From: Ruditapes philippinarum
Lineage: Eukaryota
Assembly: GCF_026571515.1 (NCBI RefSeq)
Contig: NW_026852746.1
Coordinates: forward strand, 248,001 to 312,000
Length of the DNA stretch: 64,000 nt
Reading direction: 5' to 3'
This document shows, piece by piece, positions 35,601 to 47,600 of the stretch. The notes beneath the pieces were generated by a model. The model was given only the letters and a program-made list of their open reading frames with translations. It was not told the origin of the DNA and did no database searches. The position numbers were made by a program, and so were the translations under genes. How positions within the stretch are numbered: the stretch's first letter is position 1; each line of letters opens with the position of its first letter.

Positions 35601-38600
35601 AGGACAGGTTGATATTATATATACTATTCTCAAATGTCAGAGAGGGAGTTCGACTTTGGTATTCCACTCGTTCACTTTGTGTGTTTGTATTTGTATATTA
35701 AAAGTATGTAACATCCGTGAGTTCTTCCTACGTTATACGACAACGGTTGATTTGGCGCCTAAGACCAGCGATGTCGAAGCGACGATTTTGGATAGCGGGG
35801 ACACAACGAAGTACCTGTAACAGAAAATTAAAGGTGAGTGATCGTTAATATACCAGTAATTTGCTAATTTTGAAGATGTCAGATCAAGAAATAGCTACAA
35901 TTTTTGAAAATTTGTCAGATAAATTGAACAATATTTCAACTATCATAGGTACACAGGGTTTATCAGAAATAGTACAAAATTTTGATGGAAATACTAAATA
36001 TTTTAATGACTGGATAAAATCTATAGAAAAATATGCTGTTTTAAAAGGTTTGGATGATAATAAAATAAAATTAGTCGCATTTCAATCAAGTAAAGGGACT
36101 GTAAGCGATTTTATATGTAGATATTTGCGTGATAATCCTCGTAATTCGTGGAAACAATTAAAAGAAGAAATAAGTACTAGATTTGGGGAAATTAAAGATT
36201 TACATCATGAATTTTTATCTTTTGAGAAATTTTAAACAAGATTTGGAGAAAGTGTTCAAATTTTTGGGGGAAAAATTTATTAATTGTGCTGAAACCGCTT
36301 ATGAAAATTATAAACTAGGAGATAATAGTTTAATTGAACTTCAGTTAGTAGAATTGTTTACGGATAATTTAGCGCATAATTATTTAAAACTTAAACTTAT
36401 GAGAGAAAAGCCAAAAACTTTACAAGAAGCAATTACGTGCGCAATGAATGAACAGAATTTCAGAGCTAGATTTTCTGCCAGAGTAAAATTTTCAAATTCT
36501 CAAAATCACGCAAAATACAATAATTACAGAGCAAATAATTCTATTCATTATTATACAAGAAATTTTTGCGTGTACTGTAAGAGACCAGGTCACCATGTGC
36601 GTAGTTGTAGATTTAGGAAAAATGAAATATATTCTGTATTTCACCGACAAAATTTTTCACGATTTAAGAAAAATAATAGCAATAATAGTTTGAAATCAAA
36701 GATTAAGTGCTGGAAATGTAATAATTTTGGTCATATTATGCGAGAATGTCGTAAACAAAATTTTTACGACAGAAACAAATAAATTTTCAGGAAAACTAGC
36801 AAGTTCCTGTCACAAAGGGTCATTGACAGGAACGATAAAATACCAAAATTTAGTATAGCATTAGCTGGAAGCCCTAATTCGTGTTTGATTAAAAATAGAA
36901 AACTATAAATACAGATCGTTAGTAGATTCAGGTGCTGAAGTTTGTCTTCTGCATCGCAGAATATATAGAAAATTAAAGAATCCCCCTCAACTTATAAAAC
37001 AGAAAATAAATTTATGTTCAGTTGACGGAAATTATTTACATATAGATGGTTATATAAATCTTAATTTTCAAATAGGGAAACAGAAACAACTCAAAAAATT
37101 CTATGTTGTTTCTAAAATGAATAGAAATATTATTTTAGGCCGTGACTGGTTAACACAAAATGGCGTTAGATTATATTTTGATTTAGGCTGCTTAAGAGTT
37201 AATAATACATATGTACCCCTCGAAGAAGATATTCATATTGCATCAATTGTTAGATTAAAACAGGATGTTATTCTGAAACCTCAAACAGTTAATGTGTGCA
37301 CTGCTAAGTTAAAACAAAATCCAGGCTTGGAAAATGATAAATTATATGAATTAAAAAGTATAGAAACTGGAATTATTGCTTCTGAACCAGGCCTTATGAT
37401 AACAAATTCTGTTATGAAACTTTCGGCTGATAGAAGATTTCCTATTATGATTGTCAATAATACGCATAAAACTATAAGATTAAAACGAGATTCAGTAGTT
37501 GCTAAAGTTTCAGAAGTTGAGAGCATTAACTCGGTTACAGAGGCTCTTCAAACAACTTCCCCTCTTAACAACGATTTCGAACGTGATATTCATACACCTT
37601 CAGAGCATTTTAATATTGTTAGAGACTTATTAAGGAAAAATAGAAATATTTTCGCAAATAAAGATTCTGAATTATCACAGACAGATACTGTAACCATGAA
37701 AATACCAACAGGTAATCATCCTCCAATCAAATTACGCCCATATCGCACACCTTTAAACAATAGAAAATTTATGAGTGACGCAATCGATGAGATGTTAGAT
37801 GCTAATATTATAAGAAGAAGTCATAGCCCCTTATTCATTTCCTGTTGTTATTGTCGGAAAACGTGACGGCAGTAAACGGTTTTGTGTTGATTTTAGACAA
37901 TTGAAAATAAAAATTACAAAGCCAACATCATATCCTCTCCCATTAATTGACGATATTTTAAACACTACTAGGGTCTTCAAAATATTTTACAACACTAGAC
38001 ATGCGCTCAGGCTTTTTGGCAAATACCCGTGCATGAATCAGACAAGGAAAAAACGGCTTTTACGACATTCCGAGGCTTGTTTGAGTTCAACCGAACCCCT
38101 TTTGGCCTAAGTTTTCTGCCCCTGGAGTTTTCCAAGAACTCATGTCACATGTCTTACAAAGGTTTAGAGGCATTTGCTGTCAGTTATCTTGACGACATTC
38201 TGATATTTTCTAAGTCATTAAATGAACATTTATCACATATACAGACAGTATTTTCAAAGCTTAAAGAGCATAAATTAAAACTTAAACTGAAAAAGTGCAG
38301 TTTTATTCAGCAACAAACAAAGTACCTTGGTTTTATAATTGATCATGAAGGTATAAAACCAGACCCAGAAAAAGTAAAAGCTATTAGGTCACTTCCGGTA
38401 CCAAAATGTGTTAAAGATGTCAGATCTTTACTTGGTGCTGCTGGTTTTTATAGAAGATTTTGCCCTAAATATTCTAAAATTGTTGAACCTCTAATCAATC
38501 TTACAAGAAAACGTGTTTTGTTTAAATGGACAAAAGAATGTCAAGAAAGTTTTGAACAATTAAAGAAAATGTTAAACACGTATTCACTTTTAGCATTCCC

Positions 38601-41600
38601 AGACCCAAATAAGCCTTATATTCTATACACGGACTCCTCAGATTAAGTGGTCGGAGCATGTTTAAGTCAGAAATGTGACAACAATCTGGTATTGAAAAAC
38701 CTATATACTTCTTATCTCATAAATTAAGTGAATCTCAAAGAAAGTACAGTACCATAGAAAAAGAAGCATTCAGTATTCATTATGCGTTACAAAAATTAGA
38801 TGTTTATTTACATAATGCAGAGTTTACTATATTTACAGACCATAAACCTTTAAAATATCTTCTAGAAGCACCTATGCAAAACAAAAGAATTCAGCTTTGG
38901 GCTTTAAATATTTCTGCCTATAACTGTAAAATTGAATATTTGCCAGGAAAATTAAATTTAATTGCCGATTTCTTTTCTAGACCTCCAGCTGATGATAAAA
39001 ATGCTAACAAGTCCGATATTGAACTTTATGAGCCCGATATAAATGACAATGCCTTCGAAATAACAGTCTCAAATTCAAGTAATAATTCAAATAATGATAA
39101 TGTACATGCCGTGAAAACTGATGAAAGCTATGAAGTAAATGCTTTTGATTCTACGCACTTTAATGCCAAAGAAATAGCAAACAAAGAATACCAATTTCAA
39201 GAGCCAATTGTAGAAGATATTAAACAATTCGAAAAATTAAATATGGCCTCAGAGCAAGATAAAGATCAAACTATTCTCGAACTGAAAATGTTACTACGTC
39301 ACGGACAGCCAACTAAATCAGTGCAGAGCAAATATTTAGAAATTGACCAAGTTCTTTATTATCTGTCTAATGTAGATGATAATCCTAATCTTAGATTGTT
39401 TGTTCCGCAACACTTAAAACACCTTGTCATTACTCAATATCATTTAAATAATGGTCACCCAGGAACACAGAGGTTATTTACAACAATAAAACAAAAATAT
39501 TTTTGGCCAAATATGTTCAAAGAATTGTATGAATATGTTTTTAAATGTGTTGATTGTCAGTCACGTAATCTTACAAAAATAAAAGCACCTATGGGCGAAA
39601 CAAGAGTACCAATGTATTCATTCCAGACCATGAGTATCGACGTTATAGGGCCATATGAGAAAACAATGAGTGGTAACCGCTACATTATTTGTTTTATTGA
39701 CCTTTACAGTGGTTATCCCGAGTGTTTTCCTACTGCTGACAAAAGTACTGATACAATTATACATTTACTTTTAGAAGAAATTTACCCTAGATACGCATGT
39801 CCATTACAAATTGTCACTGACAATGGATCAGAATTCACAAGTAATGCTTTCAAAGAAACACTTAAAGCGTTAAGAATTGATCACGTGCGTACAACTACCT
39901 ATCATGCTGCCGGAAACGCGAAAAATGAACGTTCTCACCATGTCATACATGATATCTTAGCTAAAAGAATCCAGGGAAATCTCAAACAATGGGATATTCA
40001 TCTTAACATGACACTAGCCGCACTTAGATTCAATGTCTCTAGGACTTCGAAGCATAGTCCATTTTATTTGTTATATAACCGTGATGCAATTCTCCCGGTG
40101 GACCTGTTGCTACAACCAAGGCAGCGCTATCATGGCGAAGAGTATCACAAAATTGCATTACAAGAACAACATAATACTTTTCTATCTGTTTATAAGAACC
40201 TTAAAAAAGCAAAACGAGAACAAGCTAGCTATGCAGATAAGACCGCAAAAGATATCAAATTTGAAATAGGCGATCCCGTATTTTATAAAAATTTTCGTAA
40301 GAGAAGCAAACTAGATGTGAATTGGAAGCCATTTTATAGAATTATGGAGAAAAGGTCACCATTAACTTATATAATAAAAAATCAATTTGACAATTCAACA
40401 GTTAAAGTCCATGCAGAACAAATTAGGCTTGCAAATATTAATGACTGGTCAATACCAAAAGCAGATAATACAGGCAGACCAAAAAGAAATGCCACATTTG
40501 TAGTTACACCTGAAAATAGCGATACTGATGATGCTTCAGAAATACCAGAATCAGTATTACCCCAAGTTGCTAAGAATGTTAGAAAAGAAAGGTCAAATTC
40601 TGATAGTGAAGATGATGATATTCCATTAGCCGAATTACAGAAACATCTTCGACAACAACAACAAAGTTCAAATAATGACAATACTCAAAGTAATGCACAT
40701 TCAGAAGAAATGCAATCGCAGACTGATTCAGAATTATCAGACTCAAATTCCATACAAGTAAATAGCAATCCTCAGTCACAAAGCAGCATATAATGCTATT
40801 CAGTCAGATTCAATGGCTGATGATAATGATTCGGATAATGAAATGTTTATAAACTCTATTTTAGTAAAAAGAAAAGTATTGTAAAAACCTCGATATAAAG
40901 TATCTGGTAAGGTAAACACAAAAGTTACAAAGTAAAGATAAAGGGTCGAAATCAAGTTTTAAAATGATTTTACAAGGATTAGCTGAATTGTTATAGAACG
41001 TTATATTCCGTGTTTATATGCTATACTAATTTTCGGTAAATTGACCTCAGGCATTGTAAATAGTAATTATGGAAAGAAGAAAATATATATGTTAAAAGAA
41101 AACATTATAAAACAAAACAGAAAATTACATTATTTAACCATACATCTTTATATTTTTGGTGGTTGTATTCATTTACATTAATTTTCAAGTTGTTTTTATT
41201 AGAACTATATATCTTAGATTTTTTTTTATTGATTAAAATGATCGTTATTCGCTATATGTTTATTAATAGATCGGTTAATTAAAATGCATTTCAAAGTAAA
41301 TGACAGCACTTAATCATGAGTTTCAAATTGATTATTTACTTTATTTCATATTAGAATAACATGTGTATACATACATGTTTCAACTGTCAACGCACAATCA
41401 TTAAATAAAGTTTAAATTGGGATAAGTCTTATTGTGGAAATAAAACTAAAGTTAATAGCTTAGTTAAAAAGTAACAAAATACATGTTTGTCTAGAAAAGT
41501 AAAAAAAATTTTAAATATCAAGTATTACATAAATAAGATACTTACACTAGAGAACATCTTTCATTGGAATTCTTATCCTATGCATTTTATGACAGTTGTC

Positions 41601-44600
41601 TTGTTGTTCATATATCTGAAACAAAATTATGTTTATTGTATATAATATCTATTAACCGATCTGACAACGGACGAAAATGCAAAATATTGGTCTAACGATC
41701 ACTTGTCGTCCAGTCAAGACAGAGAGGTGCGAGCGAATTCGCCGGTACAGTAAAACACCTCCTGACTAGAAATATTACAGTCAGCCTCTACGATGTCAAA
41801 CTATGTACAACAAAAACCATGCAGATATAACCATAAACACCTTCTTCGATGTAAAACCATGCAGATATAACCATAAACACCTTCTTCGATGTAAAACCAT
41901 GCAGATATAACCATAAACACCTTCTTCGATGTAAAACCATGCAGATATAACCATAAACACATTCTTCGATGTAAAATGATATGAAATAAGCGTCTACGAC
42001 GTTTAAAATACATAACTATGATGTTACAGCCGACAACAACAACAACAACAACAACAAAATTGTGGAATCAAATAAACTTTTGTTCCTGTCTTCAACCAGA
42101 GAAGCCGAAAACTTCCGTTTATCAATAGAATGTGTTTTTCTATGTGTTATATAAACTTAAAAACAAAAACCCAGAGAAATACTGATGACAACTTCTTATC
42201 AAAATAATTATTTGTGCGCGACAGAGATATCCAAAATAAATATCACATAAACATTTGCGAGAATCGTGCAACAGCAAACTGTTAATTTAATTATCTTTTA
42301 CTCAAAAACATTGCTACATAACTGAAGAATTATAGATCTATCATCACTTTGTTGTATTGTTCAATACAAGACATTCTTTTTACAACGACGAAACAAGAAC
42401 AGCGTTTACAGATGTGCCAATAAATATTCAAATATAACTTTATCAACTTGTGTATAAAGTCTACGTTTACACATATCAAATACATATATATAAATTTAAA
42501 AGAATCTTCAAGAACATCAAACATTTATGAACAATTATGAGTGTCAATTTAAAATTATACTTTATAAAGCTACATACCAACGATTTGAAATTCCCGTCAC
42601 GACGACCAAGCCATACTGATGTCAGCAAGTACCTGTTACAAAAAACATACCTGTCACAGGAAGTGTTCAATGCGCATGCACAATACACGTTTTACAGGAA
42701 ATGAAACACCTGGACATTTTATCAATTATCAATTGTTTATAATATTTTTTAAACTTTTTCGTATATAAATATCTTTTCTACTCTTATCATACATATAATT
42801 CTGTTAAATTTTATACCTTAAAGTTTTTCTAATTAATATTCTTAAAATAATTTGTTCTTTGAAAATTGTTAACTTATTTGATTGTTTTTATGTTTACTAG
42901 ATCTATAGAAATTAACTTTTTTTTCTCTTTTTTTATGATGAAATAAAGGAAAATATTAACTGATAAAAAAAATTTCGAAAAGATTATCTTTACATTTAAC
43001 AATTATTATTTTTTTACTTATTAAAAACATTACAAAATTGTTGAAGTAAATTATAACTTACCCGACTGCAGTATCCGAAAACTTTTTAAAAAAGTGACAA
43101 GAAAATATATTGAGCGAATATTTCCGAATATTGTTTCCTAAGGCGTTTTTTCTTTTTAAAGATAAAGTAATAAAAAAAGTCATTAGATAACATCTCTGAC
43201 CGGACATCTCTGACCGGATATTACCTTAAGGGTAAAACAGATGTCAAGTTGATTTTAGATTTTAGATTTTTATAATTTGTTAGAACGAGTTTGAAATGTT
43301 TGATATTAAATAATAACTTGTTCAATACTTTTTTTTTAAATATTTTTTTTTAATAAGTAATGGTGGAATTGTCGTATAGCTGGTTGCACAGGCTAATGAG
43401 TCATACACGCTATATTCAAAAAGAATGACAAGTCAACATGTATATACATATAATAAGGTTTTTATTTCATAATGTGCACTATGGAACATGACATGATTTA
43501 TGAGTATTATAGTTCAGGATGCATACGGACTGACCTTATGTCAGGATGATTAATATATGTAACTCTAAAACGTGTGTATTTATATACATTATAAAATGTC
43601 CTTAGGACAGGTTGATATTATATATACTATTCTCAAATGTCAGAGAGGGAGTTCGACTTTGGTATTCCACTCGTTCACTTGTGTGTTTGTATTTGTATAT
43701 TAAAAGTATGTAACATCCGTGAGTTCTTCCTACGTTATACGACACAGGCAAAATATCTAAGCCCTAGGCCTTGTGATTCTTAAGAAAAAGATTTTCTAAG
43801 ATTTACCTACGTAACTCTATGTAAAAATCAAGTGGCCCCTGTGTCATGGTCAATTTGATCCCGGAAGTCATGATTTCGACAAACTGGGTAGAGGTCCACT
43901 AGTCAATGTTACATGCAAAACATCTAAGCTCTGGGCCTTGGGATTCTTAAGAAGAAGATTTTTCTAAGATTTTTCCATATAACTCTATGTAAAATCAAGT
44001 GGCCCCTGTGTCAAGGTCGATTTGACCCCGGGGCTCATGATTTGAACAATCTTGGTAGAGATCCACTAGTTCATAGGGTGAAAAGTAGGTTGGGATTCTG
44101 AAAAATATGAGTAAACCCCCATCCCCCCTCCTAGAATAGACACTGAGGATGCAAGTTCGAGACGTAGATCTAGCTCCGATTACATTTTTTTTCTTTCTTT
44201 TGTAAACCCCACAGATAACCACCCCCTCTTTTTATCGACCCAAAATAAAATAATCCCTTTTAAGATTTTAGAATATTGGTGAAACCCAAAAAATGCTGGA
44301 CTAACATAAAAAAATGAGGATTCTCTGTGTGGACAGATTCTAAAACTGTATCGATACCTGAAAAAGCTTATGTACATTTATGCATGATTATGAAAAATAT
44401 AGTGTCAAATAAACTTTAATCTAAAGGAAGAGTACTTACTTTAAAAAAAATGAATTGGAACTCCTGTAACTCTCGCCATCTTTACTCTGAACGGAAAAGG
44501 CCCTAAGCGCATGCTCAAGCGTCGTGTCAGACTTGACATCGTGACGTAACAACTGTGCAGATGAAATTGTGAATTCGTGAATTCCTGAATTCACGAATTC

Positions 44601-47600
44601 ATAATTTCACGATTTCACTTTAAAAAAATGAAATCGTGAATTCATGAATTCACGATTTCATTATTTCATTTATTCAGATTTTTAAGAGAAATAGTGAAAT
44701 TATGAAATCGCGAATTTTTTAAAGTGAAATCGTGAATTCGTGAATTCATGATTTCACGATTTCATTATTTCATTTATTCAGGTTTTTAAAAGAAATCGTG
44801 AAATTATGAAATTATGAATTCATGAATTCACGATTTAAAAATTCAACATTTCACTCTAAAAGTAATGAAATTTAAAGTCTTGAAATCATGAATTCGTGAA
44901 CGTGAAATGTCACCACCGGTCTTTCGTACTATATAGTTTTAATTTACAAATATCATCACAATATGAGTAAATATAATAAAATAAGGGTATAGGCCATCAT
45001 TTATTAATACAGGATCAGGGAAAATAATATAGTAATAATCACCTTGTATCATTTTTTAGAATTATTGGAAATAACATGAATCTTGTCAATTAAAATAAAA
45101 TAATGTTTGAAACGTCTTTCTCATGTCCAGTTATTTTGTTTATCAAATTTGAATAAGTAGACCAAATGCATACAAAAAACATGCCTGACAGTATGTTTAC
45201 TTTCATCGTCGGCAATTGACACAAGAAACGTCCAGTGCATTTTTATGTCTGTGATCTTATATTAGCCGTCATTGAAACGCTTGCACCAGCTGAAAAACCA
45301 TGTCCTTAGGTTAATTAATAGGTTTATTAATTGCTCTTCGTTTATTTAATCTTACGGCCTTCCCGTATAGAGGTGAAGTAGTATCCCCCTTTATTGGAAA
45401 TAAGTAACAACCGCACAAATTTTCAGTTTTTTAACGAGTATCTTATTTCTACATTTAACGCTATGATGAGCACTTAATGTATGAATAACGCCATACTTGA
45501 ACCTGAAAGCACTTAATAAATACGAAACTTGTAGTGAAATACTAATAGTTCCTCTTATATATTTATATTGCAATTATTTTGCAAGTTCGGACTATGTACA
45601 GATTACAGAAAAGGGCGTCGGTGGAACAACAAGCAGACACTGTGGCTTTGATCCATTGACATTTATCACATTCGGAAACGTAATGCAACTACAATTCAAG
45701 TCGGACGGTTCAACTGAATACAAGGGTTTCAAATTCATCATCAAGTCGGTGAAAAGTAATAATTTAATTTGATTGTGATTAAATATACATTTCATGAAGT
45801 CTGTATTTTTACTTTCAAAATATTCTATTTAATATATTCCTTTAAAATGATTTCTTAGCCTTTGGTCAAACAGTTGTGAACCCTTATAAAGCCCTGGCTG
45901 GTATAAATATGCATTCAAATCGTTATACCACTCTATCCAGCCCGCATAGCTCAATCGGTAAGAGCGCGAGACTTGTAATCTCAACATTGTGGGTTCAATT
46001 CCCGGGCTTGCTAACTAAAATTGAGGTTCCGTGTATGAGAGCTTAAACACTAGGCACGCTAAAGAACCAGGAGAAGCTTCTGCATTGGGGCATCTTTCTG
46101 TATCTGTATCTTGCACTATCCTCCAAAATATAAAATGACTAACAGTCTTCTGGAGGTCTCACCCATATTGGCAACCGGTGGCGAGTATAAATAAACTCAA
46201 ATACACACATATACCACTCTGCCGTTGTGACCTTTCTTTAATATTCATCATTATTATAATAATATATGAAATTGTATCTTACCCGCTTGATATAATCATG
46301 GCATGTTAAGATCATTGGACGTGATATTTGAATTACTCTTGTTGAATTTTTTGTGTTTACAAAAACAAATTTCACGTATTTGCAGAACTTTCGGATGACT
46401 TATTTTGCATTGGTAGTATATCAAGTGGCAAGAATTCGAGCATAATGAACAAAGAAACTTCAGGAGACAGTTGTTTTTACCGATTACAGGTGAAATAACT
46501 ATATTTAATAAACAGAAACAGTAATTTGGACAGACTTATATCTGTGACTTTATACAATGTTAACTTTATCTATTCTCTTTTAAAATTACTCATCTTTTTT
46601 TTTCGTCTCTCTCAGAATACGTTAACACGTTTTTACGTGTATAGTAGCAGGATTTTGATAAGAATTATTTCAATTGGTTATAATTTATGAGATTATGCCG
46701 TTTTGCAGGAATGCAAAAGATGTATGATTTACTATTAAATGAGAAAAATTATATACATTTAAAAGAAAAAAAATCTTTCAGTTTTAAAGAAAACAAAAAT
46801 AAAAACCGTAATTGTACATTTTTTGTAATCATCACATTTTAACCTTAATTATCACATTTTAACTTTCTCTGTGTCATCTCCTGTACAAATTAAACATATA
46901 TTAAATGTGATGCTAGCCAATAAGGTTTTGCAGGCACCAAAACACAATGATATAACGCTGACACTAAAATTGCTAGATTTTGGATCAGCTAGTTGTGAGG
47001 AGGAAAGTATAATCATTTATGAAGGACAAAGTACACGTAAGTTTTATAGAATTCTATCGCTCTATAATTGTATAGTGTGTTTAATAAAACATGAAATGTC
47101 TTTAAAGTTTAAAAACTCATCTCACAATTTCTTAGACTAGTATTTTTTTGTGTTAAGTCTTACTTAAGTCTTTGCAATAAAATCTTTACGTGAACACTTT
47201 CTATATCATTTTGCAAATTAGCACTATATTATAGTATAATATGAATAAACATGTCTAAGAACGTTCAAGTTAGTCATTTGCTTCCTTTTAAATGTTGTTT
47301 TTAATATGATTTTCAGAAGGAAGACCTTTAGGTACGATATGTAGTGATAGTGATCTCGGAATACAACCATACCGTGCAAGTTCAATGTTTATTGAGTACA
47401 GGAATCAAAATAGAATACATGTTTGTAGAGAACAATTTTGTATTATCAACGACCCATTTTTCGGTTAGGGGAAATGATGGTAATGCTTACTTTTTTAATA
47501 AAACAAAACAACAATAAAATATATATTAAATGTAAACAAAACATGTCTCTATGAAACGAAAATCATTTCCAATTTAAAACATACTAAGGCGAATGCGTTT

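Larger units (their letters stand above)
35367..43744 (+). mobile_element. Full-length Ty3/Gypsy LTR retrotransposon (8.4 kb), recent insertion
   Basis: LTRs 35367-35742 and 43370-43744, TG..CA with TGTCGTATA/TATACGACA inverted ends, 4-bp TSD CAGG (35363-35366, 43745-43748), domain order gag-PR-RT-RH-IN, purine tract AATAAGTAATGGTGGAA before the 3' LTR. Confidence 0.97.
34984..44070. mobile_element. Helentron/HINE-like satellite-bearing repeat, split by a SINE and by the Gypsy element
   Basis: End motif CAAGAGGGCCATGATGTCCCTATATCGCTCAC; the ~167-bp unit (TTTGACCCCGGGGTCATGATTTGAACAATC..GGTAGAGGTCCAC.AGTCAATG.TACA|..AAA.ATCTAAGC) is interrupted at 35366 and resumes at 43745, with further units to ~44070. 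Confidence 0.7.
32966..44479 (-). pseudogene. Transposon-borne protein-kinase-like gene, internally deleted; convergent with the transposase
   Basis: Exon 33439-32966 after a TTTTTCAG acceptor: PEQDKEMTIKIACK..GGVHEIRL..HF then TGKEIW..LEENMKKGMQPHGL..VIEVVKKCLMYDMTKRPSAIDIVVKLQ (kinase subdomains X-XI, CL..D...RP). Candidate exon 1 44479-44440 (MARVTGVPIHFF(K), GTAAGT donor) is in phase if one T is removed from a T8 run. No HRD/DFG visible. Confidence 0.6.
27352..44928 (+). mobile_element. 17.6-kb IS3EU-like DDE DNA transposon with long TIRs, carrying transposase and kinase-like genes and nested insertions
   Basis: Ends TACGAAAGACCGGTGGTGACATTTCACGTTCACG... and its exact reverse complement ...GTCACCACCGGTCTTTCGTA; perfect 6-bp TSD CTATAT (27346-27351, 44929-44934); TAY..RTA termini with 6-bp TSD are the described IS3EU hallmarks; integrase-core ORF inside. 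Confidence 0.88.

Noticed and set aside
41813-41976. CRISPR-like array
   Set aside because: Head-to-tail 40-bp units with no unique spacers, no cas genes, eukaryotic retrotransposon context.
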